DNA of 64,000 bases from Neoconidiobolus thromboides FSU 785 (taxonomy: Eukaryota > Fungi > Entomophthoromycota): NCBI GenBank assembly GCA_025603075.1, contig MU626309.1, forward strand, positions 52,968-116,967, given 5' to 3'. The notes below the pieces were generated by a model that was not told the origin of the DNA, made no database searches, and was given only the letters and a program-made list of their open reading frames with translations. A program made the position numbers and the translations under genes. Of the stretch, positions 1-13,002 are shown one piece after another (position 1 is the stretch's first letter; every line of letters starts with the position of its first letter).

Positions 1-2
1 CC

Positions 3-443
3 AGTCTACTCTCTGCATGTCATAAAGGGTATTATAAAGTAGTTAAATTATTAATTCAATATGGCTCTGATATTAATTTTAACTATGGTTCTTCATTACG
101 CTTTTCTGCTTCCAGCGGACATTTTAAAATTGTAGAATTGTTAATTAAAAACAATATTAATTTAAATTCTCAATATTGTGGTATTAAAGCGCTAAGAGAT
201 AGTGCTAAAAATGGTCATTTAAATATTGTTCGTTTACTGTTAGAGAATAAAGTGCCAATTAATGGTCTCAAAGATGCACCACTATTATGTGCTATTATTG
301 CGGGACATTATGATGTGACGTTAACATTGTTAGAACATGGTGCAAATGTGAACTCGATTAATAGTAATTTGTTGACAGCGACATTTAGAAATCAAAGAAA
401 AGATATTATGGGCTTATTGAAAAGGTTCGGATATCAGTGTTGA
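3..443 (+). CDS. Ankyrin-repeat protein, 5' end outside the window
   Basis: Open frame from window start (SLLSACHKGYYKVVKLLIQYGSDIN...) with ~4 ankyrin repeats (A..GH..IV..LL..GA.VN pattern); stop at 443. Confidence 0.85.
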   Translation, partial: SLLSACHKGYYKVVKLLIQYGSDINFNYGSSLRFSASSGHFKIVELLIKNNINLNSQYCGIKALRDSAKNGHLNIVRLLLENKVPINGLKDAPLLCAIIAGHYDVTLTLLEHGANVNSINSNLLTATFRNQRKDIMGLLKRFGYQC

Positions 444-670
444 GGTCTATTGTATCATGTGTATTATTTATTATAAAACTTATTTATTACTCTGCCTTGT
501 AACTATTAACATTATTTTAAATAAAAAATCAAAATTAAATAGTAATTTGATATAAATAATTACTTAGATTATAACCCTATTATTATCTTTTAATTTGAAA
601 CATTTAATTTTAACTACAAATCCCATCTCATTTAGTTGCATTGTTTGTTATAATAGATTTTACAATATCT

Positions 671-767
671 GGGGATGTTTTTTTGACTTTATTATTTTTT
701 CCATTTTCTAAGTACTATTTGAGTGGAAAGATTATTGGTAAATTTTTAACAAAAAAAATATATCCCC
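671..767 (+). mobile_element. ~97-bp MITE copy
   Basis: GGGGATGT...ATATCCCC ends with the family core (CCATTTT.TAAG.. CTATTTGAG.GGAAA). Confidence 0.8.
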
Positions 768-837
768 ATCTGTTAAAGATTTTGAGGTAACTACGAATTA
801 TTTAATATTAAAATTAATATTTTATTAGTAAAATTAG

Positions 838-1054
838 AAAGATGTTCTTTTTGTTTGAGAAATTTATTACCATTTTCCACTTAGTGCCAGTTAAAAATAG
901 AAAGAGTAGTGAAATCAAAAAACACCTCCTCCATTTTGAAATTATAAAAACTAAATTGAAACGTATTTTTTGTCTAAGGATTTTACTAACAACCTTTCCA
1001 CTCAAATAGCGCTCAAAAATGGAGAAAGTAATAAAATCAAAAAAAAACAACCCC
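838..1054 (-). mobile_element. Two tandem MITE copies (838-929, 957-1054)
   Basis: Reverse-orientation family core in both; the first copy is more decayed. Confidence 0.7.
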
Positions 1055-1982
1055 AAATTTTATTTTAGGTTTCTTACCTCAGTAAAATTTCTATGCTATA
1101 GTATTCTATATAAACAGGCAATAAGTATTTATTGGAGCTGGATTTCAAGTTGTTTCAAAAAAAATTCTCTCACAGCCAATGATTAAGTCGAATTTAACCA
1201 ATTAAAAATGAGATTTAAGCAAATTATGCAACTTCAAATATTATTTTAAAAAATATATATAAACCAAAAAGAATGCAAATTACATTTAAAGGTTATATCC
1301 AAGAAGCTTGTAAATTTGTTCTAAAGTTAAGTGATTCATTTTAACGCTAATGCGCTATAAGGCTACTTACTAATCCTAATCCGATTGGTAGCGACTCAGA
1401 TGTATTTATCAATTAGTGGAAAATAGGGACTAGTGGACATTTATTGTTTAAACAAATTAATAAAGCTCTAAAAAATAAAACTACATCTTTAAATAAAAAC
1501 ATTATTAGTCTTATAAAACTCTTATACTCGGCCTTTTGACAATCTATATAATAAATACAACTCCCTGCTCTTTCAAACAGTCCAAGGAAACTTGATTTCT
1601 ATTGGGTATAGATGTAAGTCAATTCTATAGTTGCAAAATGTGCAAGGTGATCATATTCTGAGCTGACCTTAGTATTGACTTAGCTATTGACCTTCAGCTT
1701 TTTTAACCTCCTTATCACTCTGTCAACCAAGGAAAAATTAACGAGGACTTTTGTTGACACTGAATATAACTACTATATTCTTAAACTGATTTGATAAATG
1801 AAAGAGCTCAGGAAAGATCCAACATGTAATTTGGTATGGTCCCATTATTATAATATGAACCAGACTAACACTGTATCTAAATTTTCAATACTATGTACTT
1901 TATAATTTAATTTTTACAAAATATGCAGTTATAATATAGTATTTGTATTATAATAAACTTTAGAATATAGAGAAACATCCAC

Positions 1983-2074
1983 ATGTCTTTTTTAATTTCA
2001 TTACTCTCCATTTTTCAAGTGTTATCCAACCAGGAAAACTGTTAGTAAAATTCTTAAACGAAAAATACATCACT
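1983..2074 (+). mobile_element. Decayed MITE copy
   Basis: TTTCATTACT...GTTAGTAAAATTCTTAAACGAAAAATACATC. Confidence 0.65.
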
Positions 2075-2645
2075 GTACGGTGTTTTTAAATTATAAAATA
2101 GATTAATTCCACTCTATTTTTGCTGGTAGTAGAGGCTGTATTATTCAATATAAAGAAACTGTTATTTATAAGTTTATTTTTAAATCATGAAATATTATTC
2201 TATGATACTTTATATTTAATTATTAATATTTAATTATCCAGTACTTGATTTTGTGTATAGTAACTTAAACTTTAATTGAAAAGCACAAGATTTAGGGTAT
2301 AAAGTTCAACCGGAAATATAAATACTCAATACTGAAAAGCTATTACATTAAGATAAATATATATCCATGTGGTTAGAAATATACCCTATTTCATTTTATC
2401 CGTATCATTTATTTATGGCGATAACAAGATTTAAGCTTTTTATAGCATGAGGATTATTTCTACTCGTACTTTATATTCTTTCAAATAATTTTCATTTTTT
2501 ATTAATAGAATTGAGGTACAAGTTTAATTATAATATAAATACATTTAAGATACATTTAAACTAAAAGTTCATGCGATAAAAAATGAAAACTACCTATGAA
2601 TTTATCTTTATTAAAATGTATTTTAAAAAATTACAAACAACTTTA

Positions 2646-4321
2646 TCAATCCATAAACTTTGGTGCCTTTCTGGCTTTGGTTAAATCCTCCACAAGCTTA
2701 CCTAAAGCTAAAAGAGCGACTTCATTTGCTGGTCTGGAAATAAATGCAACCCCAAAAGGCTCACCATCTGGATAAAAATCTAAAGGCATAGCTATAATTG
2801 GATAACCTGCAATAGCAGCACTGGTAAAAAACATAGCATCTGGCTCAGCTGGTCCCATAAGTATATCACAATCACATTTTTCCATTAAAGCCTCAATTGC
2901 TTCAGTAGCTCCTAACTTATTCTCTTCATAACATTTAATATATTCTTCACTCGTCATACCTTCTGTGTTATTTGAATTAATCAGATGTGATTGACCATAT
3001 TCTGAAAGCTCCAACTCATGATGTTCTTCATTAAAGGATATAATTTTATCTAAAGAATCAATCTTTTCATCTTTTAGATAAGTTACCTCATTCTTTAAAT
3101 ACTGATTAAGATAATGTTTAAATTCATATTCAAACACCTTATTTTCTAATAATTTTGAGCTGTTGTTTCTTGTATTAATAGAAATAACTCACGTTTATAT
3201 AAACTAAAAAGATGAATATCCATCTCTGCATTTGGGATTAAAATAACATTACTCATTTGAGTTAACTTTTGGATTAAGTCATGGAACGAAGAAACACTAT
3301 TTTTAACCTTGGCTTCAAGTTCAAAGTAAGGTTTTTGTACAAAAGCGATTTTAAATTGCTAGAAATAAGTAGCTGTTAAAATAAATTAGACTTAAACTTA
3401 CGAATTGATTCTGGTTATATAAACTTAGGGAAACTATTTCATTCGAGCATATACTGGTCTTTTCATCCTTTGGATCAGTTTGATTATAAAACACACTTAA
3501 TACTCTGAAATTATCTTCCACATTCCTAGAAATAACACCCACCTGATCATTAAATTTAGTTATTTCAAAACAAAACAACTTACTGAATCTTGGTTATGAC
3601 TTAATGGTATAACCCCGGCTCTAGAGGTAAGGCCTACAGTAGGTTTTAACCCAACTAAAGAGCAAGTTGAAGAAGGAGCAGTAATCGACCCGTCAGTTTC
3701 TGTTCCTAAAGAAACTACAGCCAAGTTAGCGGCAACAGAGGCAGCGGATCCAGAACTTGACCCTGATGCATGTTTACTTAGAACATAAGGATTACATGTC
3801 TGCCCGCCCCTTGCACTCCAACCCAATGGATCGATTTCGTCTCGAAAACTAGATATTAAAAAGAAAAAACTTATTTGATATTATTACCCTGCAAACTCAG
3901 TCATATTTACTTTGCCTAAAATGATAGCGTTTTCTGCTCTTATTAGCTTGATCACTGTTGCATCTTCCTTTGGTTTAACGTCATATAAAGCCATCGAGCC
4001 ACAAGTTGTTTGCATAGTATCATAGGTAGCTATGTTGTCTTTAGCTAAGATTGGAATCCCAAACAAACTCCCTACCAATCCTTTCTCATTGAACAATTGA
4101 TCGAGCTCTTCAGCTTTTTTTATAGCTTCTTTATTGACTTCAATCACAGTGTTAAGGTATGGATTTAGCTTTTCAATACGTTTTAGATAATATTCAACCA
4201 ATTCTTTACAAGTAAACTTTTTAGCTTTATAATACCCATGAATATTCTCTATGCTCGTTTCACGTATATCTATTCCATTTAATTGGCTTAACTCTAAATC
4301 GATATCTGATATTGAATCCAT
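2646..4321 (-). CDS. Amidase signature family protein (multi-exon)
   Basis: Catalytic Lys in PILAKDNI, GSSSGSAASVAA, GTETDGSI..PS, GLKPTVGL, and C-terminal AAIAGYPIIAMP. The ORF pieces at 3884-4321, 3560-3826 and 2646-3137 are joined by short GT-AG introns. Confidence 0.92.
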
Positions 4322-5144
4322 CTTTGACTTAAAAAATATATTTTAATCTTTAAAATTTTGCATAATTTATATTCTACGTCACTCCTAAAAATGACTTCAT
4401 GAAGATCTAATGGTGTCAAATTAAAATCAAAATACTTTTAAGCTAACTCTTTAATTCGATATTATTTTATATTATACACTTAATAACGTAGGTAAAATAA
4501 GCGGAATCTAAAATTTTCAAAATAATATATTTTAAATATACAAAAATAATACAAATACAATTTAAGCAGCATGAAATAATAAACTCAAGCAACTATTTTA
4601 ATTTTATGACAACTCTTAATTTTAATATATAAACAAGTAATACTGAAACTAGCACTACAAGTTAATTAATGTAAAAAAAATCTTGATATGAATTTTGACA
4701 CTCTAAAATACAAATGTATCATCATTTCAATAGACAAAAGAATAGCTTATACCAAATACAAAATATAAAAAAGAAGTATTATCTAATTATTAGTAAATAA
4801 AAATATAGTAAAAACCAGGCTTTTGTTTAATATTCAGCCAAAGAAAATTTATGACTTCATCCTTACTCTTTTTCTCACAGTCATTGTGTTCAATTTTTTT
4901 CCACAAATGGGATCGATCATTTGGAATTATGAAACACTTGAACTATAGTTATTACGAAAACTGGAAGGCCAAACATTTTAAAATTAAATAGTGAAACTTT
5001 ACTAAAATTGGACACATCTACTAACTTACCTTTATTTACATCACAATTGGTCATTATCATTTGTATTCAAAACCAAGCAATGATTCATTATAAAAAGAGT
5101 TGAGAGTAGGTTTTTTTTATTACGTTTTTGCTTTCTACTTTATT

Positions 5145-6005
5145 ATGGCTAACTATAACTTAAATTATAACTCCCCAGGCTACAAATCTTTAAAAGGTTT
5201 CCTTATTGGTTTGAATATCCTATCTTCGGTAAATTATTATTTAATTGATTTTGTTACATCGTATTAATATGAATAAAGCTCTGTGGCTTAGGCTTAATTG
5301 GACTCGGAGTCTATGGATTGATGGCAAAAGGTTTTTCTCACTATAGTATGGCAATCCCAGGGGGTACCTTAGGTGCAGGGATTGTTTTATTCTTTATCTC
5401 CTTTTTAGGTGCATTTGCAGCTTTTATGGAAAACAAGAAACTTTTACATTCGGTAAGGATACTTATATTAGATTTTAAGTCATATTAACTTGTTTTAGTA
5501 TTTTGCAGGTTTGCTTGCTTTGGTCCTTTTCCAAGCTGGTACTTTCCTATACACTTTCTTTACTGGTCTCTCAGCTAATGATATTCTTGAGGCTGCTTGG
5601 GATAAAGCTTATAAAGAGAGTCCAAGAATTCTCAAGGCTGTTGAACAAGAGGTAATTTATAACAAGCTCCTATTTAACGTAAATTAACAACTTTAGTTTG
5701 AATGCTGTGGTTTCAAGACCATTTTGGATCGTGCTGTTCCAAAGAGTAGCCCAGTTACTTGCTCCACTAGTCCATTATACGGATATAAAACCTCATGTTA
5801 TGCAGTATTAATGGATAACTACAGAGAAGCTTCTGTTTTAATTACTACCATATCTGTTATCATAATTATCATACAAGCTACTACTTTAGCAGTTACTTGG
5901 ATTATGGCAGAAAAAACCCCAACTGAAGCTGAAAGAAGAGTCGCTTTATTAGATGAGCATTCTCGTTTAGTAGCCGATGGTCAATCTCATGGTTATGGAT
6001 CTTAA
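5145..6005 (+). CDS. Tetraspanin-family membrane protein (4 exons)
   Basis: Spliced translation MANYNLNYNSPGYKSLKGFLIGLNILSS/LCGLGLIGLGVYG... gives 4 TM segments and the large-loop CCG motif (FECCGFK) with further Cys. Introns begin near 5229, 5453 and 5652. Confidence 0.85.
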
Positions 6006-6405
6006 ACTTATTTGTGAATTACTATTTCGATACTCAATTAAATAAATTATTAAAATAGGCAATAGCTAATAGATGACTAAAGCTTTAGACATTTTGAAAT
6101 GTTTTCTATTTAACTATAACAGGATAGCTTTTGATTTTACACAGTAGTATCAATTTATAAGTTTTAAGTCATCACAAGTATTCATTAAACTTATAAAATA
6201 GTTATTAAGATAATTTACTAGATAGAAAATTAACAAAACGGAAATTTATACAATTTGACTTATGTTGTAAACCAATACATGTATCTAAAATTAATCAAAT
6301 CATACCTTGCATGGTGATAATTATAAAATTCATAATTCTACAATTATCACTAATGACACCTAAACCTGAAATTATACATCTACTATAAGAAATAGTAATA
6401 GATTT

Positions 6406-6502
6406 GAGAGTGTCTTTTTTAACTTCTATTTTTTCCATTTTTTAAGTGCTATTTAAACGGAAAATTTGTTAGTAAAATTTTTAAATACAAAAATATATCC
6501 TC
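6406..6502 (+). mobile_element. MITE copy
   Basis: Family core and decayed TIRs, downstream of the tetraspanin gene. Confidence 0.75.
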
Positions 6503-7815
6503 ATTTATTTAACTAAATATGACTACAGAATATTAAAAGAACTTGGTAGATAGAATTATAATTACTTTTGAACATCAAATATGTTTTATTTCTATAATTT
6601 TATGTCATTTTATAGATTATTTCAATGATAATACAACTCGGAAATATAATCTAAATGTATTTAATATTGAAGCTTGTTTTTATTTTGTTTGACAGTTATA
6701 ATTTCAAAACCTTGAAACTGGAATTTCCTAGACAAAACAAACCATCACAAAAATTTAATAAGTTCAAAAATGGCTATAAAAAACTTCAGAGGCTTTCTAG
6801 CATCTCACACATCTCCCATCTATTCTTTATACTATACTTGGCGTTATTATAAAACCGATATTCGCTTAATATACAGCATATTGTTTAAATAAAGGCAAGT
6901 AGTATAACGTATATTTAAACATAAATAAATAAAAATTTTCTAATCAATTCGAACAATAATTTGATAAAAAATGCCTACCTAGTTTTTCCGAGATATTTTT
7001 CCTAATCTGTCAGATCAGCCAACTTTGCTAAGCCTGTACTAATCGGATTAAAGCGCTTAGTAAAAGAACTTAATCTTAGCTAATAATTAAAGAATAATTT
7101 TTATTGTAATCAAATTTTCATATTACCATTAAAGAATTGTAATAAAGAAAACTAATTTCAAACAATATAGAAATGAGGTAAAGTGTAAGAAATATATATA
7201 ATTACCCTCAAGCAGAAAATTCGATCGCTACTCATGTTTAGAATATGCTTTAAAAAATCATATTACTCCAAGTGCCCACTCTAAATAAACTCCTCATTTT
7301 AAGCCAACATGAAATAATTACAGTATTTCACTATTCTATTTCAATGCAACTTTGCGTTTAATTAAATAACCATATTCCTTATTTGCTTCATTAGTAAAGT
7401 AATACCAATAAGAGTTGCCCAATTTGAAATTTAAGCTATTTATTATGAGATTGGGCTTTAAAATTTAATAAACTAATCAAAAAAAAGAATTCTTCTCAAT
7501 GATCACATTAACAGCCTTAAATTGAAAGGTTACTAAATAAAATTCTGTTAAGAATTTTTTTGAAAGTTAAATTGCTTTCAACCCAAAAAAGAATTCTGAT
7601 AGAACGTTAAATTTCTCATTTTTGAGCCATTTATAAATATATTAGAAGTTTAATTGGCTGTTTACTAATCTCCATAAAATGTGGATTCGTTCAACATTCT
7701 TTAAAATCTAAATTAAAATTGACCCAAATTTGGTGAAAACCTAATTTATCATTAGTATAAAGATAAAGAGAAAGGATGTAATAACAAAATAAATATTGAT
7801 TTTCTTTTGTACGAA

Positions 7816-8661
7816 ATGCCCAAAGCTACTTCACAATCCAAAAGCTCACCTTCTGGCACTGATAAAAGGTTTACTCCTATGCTTAAAGACCCCAAACCAG
7901 CTGCTAAACCATTTATAAACTTTATCCAAAAACTTTATAATATGGTGAATGATCCGGAGATATCTGCTATCTGCTGGAACGAGGATGGTACTGGTGTTAA
8001 AATATTAGATACATCCTACTTATGTTCTAATATTTTTCCTATTTATTTTAAACATGATTGTTGGGCTAGTTTTACTAGACAGCTTAATTTATATGGTTTC
8101 GTTCGTTACAGCCATGGTACCCCTGGCGAACAACATTTAATGTATAAACATTCAAATTTCCTAAGAGAGAGACCTGATAAGCTTAAATCTATTCAACGTC
8201 GTATTATTAATAGTAATAACATTCATGTTGAAAATCCAATTAGAAGTAAGCCTGAATATGGGATTGATACGAATCAAATAGCATCTCTACAAAGCCATAT
8301 CTCTGAGTTAGATAATAAATGTCGCCATCTTAAGACCGATATTGGCTATCTTCAAAATGATAACAGGAATTTAAACCAAATCATTGCACATAATCAAAGT
8401 ACCTTAAGGTATGTAATGGACATTTTATCAAGGTCTGTTCAAACCACTAATAATCCAAATAATGAATTAAATGTTGCTTTACATGCCTTACAATCCACTT
8501 TTAAATACAACAACGGATTAAAAGACGGACAAGTATGTAATGGATCAAATTCACCGGATAATCTCAGTTCACCAGCAATTGAAACTTTAAATCCTATAGG
8601 ATCTACTACATCTAAATCCACAAACACTGTTCAACTTCCTTCCATTAAGTTTCTTTTGTAA
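7816..8661 (+). CDS. HSF-type DNA-binding transcription factor (single exon, ~281 aa)
   Basis: PFINFIQKLYNMVND...ICWNEDG...YFKHDCWASFTRQLNLYGF...HSNFLR is an HSF DNA-binding domain, followed by a coiled coil (QIASLQSHISELDNK...). Confidence 0.92.
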   Translation: MPKATSQSKSSPSGTDKRFTPMLKDPKPAAKPFINFIQKLYNMVNDPEISAICWNEDGTGVKILDTSYLCSNIFPIYFKHDCWASFTRQLNLYGFVRYSHGTPGEQHLMYKHSNFLRERPDKLKSIQRRIINSNNIHVENPIRSKPEYGIDTNQIASLQSHISELDNKCRHLKTDIGYLQNDNRNLNQIIAHNQSTLRYVMDILSRSVQTTNNPNNELNVALHALQSTFKYNNGLKDGQVCNGSNSPDNLSSPAIETLNPIGSTTSKSTNTVQLPSIKFLL

Positions 8662-9287
8662 ATTATTAATTTAAAATTTCATGTTAAATAAAATTCGTTT
8701 AATTAATATACTAGCTTTTCATTTAATTTGGTGTAAATTTAAATATTAAATACTATAAATAGTAAAAAATAATGACCTTTACAAAATAATCTTGTCTTAT
8801 TGAATACAACATATATCAGATATTATAAGAAATAAATGTTATACTATAGTATATTAACTTTGGTACTAATTAATATCCTATCAGAGTTTTGTAGAAATAA
8901 AAAAATCCTAGTATCTCAATATTAATCCCTTGTAACATTAAATATACTATCATTAGTTAGCTTCATTCTTTCATTTACACCTTAAATCCCAGATAAAAAG
9001 GCACAGCATGATCAAGCTTCAAACACACTATTAATTTATATTTACAGTTAAATTAATATCCTACCAAATTTAGTAGATATATGGTTCTTTTAATAGAAGT
9101 TAGAATGTTTTTGAGAATCTTGGAGCAAAGGTAAGAAAGAATTGGAATCCTTTCATTCTTTTTTGGTTGGAATTAAAATTTAGAAAAAGTTAAAATAGTG
9201 ACTTTGAGATGCTTTTTTGGGCTATTTATAATTGTTAATTCATAAGAAGTAAAAAATTAAATTATTCACTCCTATTCAAAATAACAT

Positions 9288-9387
9288 GGAGATGTTTTTT
9301 TTGGTTTCACTACTTTTTCCATTTTTTCAAGCTCTATTTGAGCGGAAAAATTGTTAGTAAAATTCTTAAATACAAAAATACATCGCC
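9288..9387 (+). mobile_element. MITE copy
   Basis: AT-GGAGATG...CATCGCC-AT. Confidence 0.8.
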
Positions 9388-9989
9388 ATAAAATAAAATA
9401 AAAAAATAAATACTTTTCAATTTTTAAGATTTAAGAATATCTTGATATCTTATAAACTATAACTTTAAGAATTTTTTTTAATAAATACAAACAGCATATT
9501 AGATTTACTTATAAACAGTATTTGAAAATCAAAAGCAACTTGAAATAATTTATATTATATGTATGCATAATTTTTTTCAAATTAAAAACAAAACGGGAAG
9601 GTCATTTTCTCACTATTTGTCCGTTTTTTATGGGATATAAAATTTAAGAAAAATATAATAGTTAAATGGTGAACAGAAAAACATTGCGCATAAAATAATA
9701 TTATATTGTTATGTAATTTCAAAGTAACGTATATTAAAAATCACAATTCCTTTTGATCATAATAATATATAGTTACTTCAATAAGCTTGATTATTTAAAT
9801 ATGTGATAAACTTAAACAATTGGAGTAACTAATTTAAAGTGCTATTCAATGGATTAAATTTACTAAGAATGCTTGATGCTTTATAGCCCAATTAAATCAT
9901 CAGAATGAAATGGATAAAATTGAAAGATTTAGTGTCATTTATATGAAAAATTTCAGTTTTTTTATTTGACTTCCTTTCTCTTTGCAAAT

Positions 9990-11087
9990 ATGAATGCACC
10001 TGATCGTTTCGAATCTTTTATTTTACCAGATGGTGCTAAAAAGTAATTGTTTTTTAAAATAATAAAAGACCAGATAAAACGATACATTCATAATTTCAAA
10101 GTCTTATTATATTTCTTTTTAAACTGATATCTAATTTTTAGATTGGAGGCTGTAAAAACAATTTCCGGTGTTAAAAACAGCATGATTTTTCGCATAGAGA
10201 GGGAAGACCATACCCTTGGAAATATGATAAGGACGTAAGTGAGATAAATAAAACCAAGCATATTCTGCTCTTAAATAGTTAAAGGATATTAACCATTGTT
10301 TAAAGTGAACTCCACAAAAATCCAAAAGTTATATTTTCTGGTTACAAAATTCCTCATCCATTACAGCATCACCTAGAAATATATATCCAAACTCAAGATG
10401 GTTATAAACCAGCCACTGCACTAAATGAAGCATTAAGCACTTTGATTTCTGATATAGCCAAAATGAGAAGTAATTTCGATGTAAGTTTTACTAACTTCAC
10501 TAAAAAACATTTTTTTTAAAATTAATTCAAAGATGGGATTGGCAGATGTGCGTAGAAGGAAGAGAGAATATAAAGACAAAGATGCTGAATTAGAATCAAA
10601 GATTGGAAAAGAAAAACAGGATCGAGCTATACAACAAAGACAATTACTTCGTGAATCAAGGGGATTTAATATGAATCCTGACACTAATATTTTTGACGAA
10701 AAGTATAGCTTTTCAAATGGTAAGGATATCAGCCCAATAAGAGGCGAAGCTTCACATAACAATCGAACATCTGGACCCTTTGGTGGCGTAGGAGGTCAAA
10801 GTGACGGAATAGGAGGAAATTATCAAGTAGGCTTTAATGAAGGAAATGAGGGTAACGTTACTACAAGACAAGAACAGCCCTATGGTTCAAATTATGACGG
10901 TTTGACAGGTCATATACCACCACTTGGTGGAGCCTATAGTTCATCTGCAGGAATAGGCCAACATTATGGTGAAAATAATCCAGAAGATGAAGCAGCAACC
11001 GATGAAGAAGATTCTTATCCAACCGAAAGTTATCAAATTCAAGAACCTAGTCAGCGTCAAGAAAACTATGAACCTGATGACTTCTAG
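9990..11087 (+). CDS. RPB11: RNA polymerase II subunit RPB11, with a possible spliced 184-aa C-terminal extension
   Basis: MNAPDRFESF, EREDHTLGNMIR, GYKIPHPL and IQTQDGYKP..AL..A motifs. Introns at 10043-10141, 10235-10305 and 10481-10532; the last joins in frame to ORF 10533-11087. Confidence 0.88.
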
Positions 11088-12712
11088 ATTGATAGAAATT
11101 ATACTGCATTTTATCCATCTTTATTTAGTGATCTTAGGCTTTAATGTCTTAACTTTTAATAAGCTAACTTTATTTTAAAACTTTTTCAACTTAAATATAG
11201 TTTTATGTAAAAATATTTTTTTAATTTATGTATTGTCTTTGGTTTAAACGAGTACACTAATTAGTTTAACATTCTATTTGAATGTCAAAAAATTCGACTA
11301 ACTATTATTCTGGAATAATACAAAATGAAGTAAACGTATTTTATATAGTAAGAGCAAATAAAACCAAGGATCATTAACGTTTAATATATAAAACAAAGTT
11401 ACCGAAGTTTTTATAACATAAATGTCACCTCAATTACCTTAAAAGTTTGCTTTTCTATATTATTATAAGATAAGGAGGGTTGAGGTTCCATGGACTTATC
11501 TTTTATTTTTGCTGAACTTGATTACTGTTAATTTTATTTTCTATTTCAATTAACGCATTTTGAATGGAATCTAAAAATCTCGACCATTCCACAGTATGAA
11601 CGTTTTCATTTAACAATAATAAATAATCACATCCTATATTAAAATTTATCATAACAATAAATACAATATTTTATAAATAACATAAGATTACTTAAAGGAG
11701 CATAAAGAGGGAACATGATGGTAGCAGCAGCTCTACCTTTTCTACAAATTTGAGAACGTTTGACTTTAAGCTTACCAACTAGCTTTTTGAATACGATAAA
11801 ACTAACCCTATACTTAGTTAAATTTATGTCTATTTTTTTGTCTAAGAATTTTAGTTTTATTCGATCATCTAAAAACTCATTAATAATCTACCTTTGGTTT
11901 CTATATTTTTATTCCAAGGTATTGCTTTTAATGTAAAATAATCTGTTTTAACAAGCAGAGAGTTTAATTCTAAATAGATTCTAACCAAATCAGCAGAACA
12001 TGCTGGGAGGTAATACTTAATTTCAAGCTTTAATAGTGTATATATTATATTATAAATAGATCAATACGCTAAACTGAGAGTTCGGACTTCTACTATCTTC
12101 TATCTTTTTCCAGTCATATTTCAATGGTACCCTAGCTAACTTTTCCACTACTTTATTGTTAATTGTTGACAATGAGCCCTTTTTTGCAATCAAAGTATTA
12201 AGTGGATTCATATTTATTCTTTTCATTTAAAAAAGAATGTTTTTTATAACATAGAATGCTAAATAAACTTTCAAAAAATAAATCAAAGCTAAGGCAAAAA
12301 TGCTGAATAGATATTTTTTTTTCTGTAAAATATAAGCTTTGTATAATTTTTGTACTTAACATAGTCGAGTTTCATTTCTAATGCTTTCTATTTAAGTGAT
12401 ATTTCTTTTACTTTTAAAACAACCCTAGGATATCTAAACATGTTAACAGTTGTATATTAAAAAATGATAAACTTTATTAATATTTTATTTCATAGTTATA
12501 GTTAAAATAGATTGAGAACGGTATAATCTAGACTTTGAATAATTCTAGTTAAATCAAACTCTCATATGTCAGTAAAAAATTTGAAATTTGGCTTGTATTA
12601 GTTTTAAAAGTAAAATAAGAGTTATAATTAAAATTCAATAAGAGTAAAGTTTTTCGTTATAATGAATATAATTGTTAAACCTGGTATCAACTTAATATAT
12701 CTTAATTCAATA

Positions 12713-12741
12713 TTCAATCATTCAATCATTCAATCATTCAA
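12713..12741. repeat. (TTCAATCA)n short tandem repeat
   Basis: ttcaatcattcaatcattcaatcattcaat, upstream of the Sel1-repeat gene. Confidence 0.8.
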
Positions 12742-13002
12742 TATAATGTTTCACTTACTAGAATTATAAACAACAGCTACTATTTAATATTATGACACGT
12801 TAATCTGCTTGTGGCTAATCCCTATAAGAAAATTTCACCAATGATATTAATTGTATATTGCGTTAGTAAAAAATGATTGATGGCATTAACCCCATGACAA
12901 GAAAGCAAATGAAGCCTATTTAAATAACGGAAATTATACATTTATTTAATTGAAACTTTCACTCCTTACTTTTAATTTAAAACAATCTATTAATATAACA
13001 CA

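Noticed and set aside
1250-1860. Slightly GC-richer, coding-like stretches (also ~11620-12010, 17410-17830 and 36170-36540)
   Set aside because: They may be pseudogene or TE relics, but all frames are interrupted and I could not assign a family.
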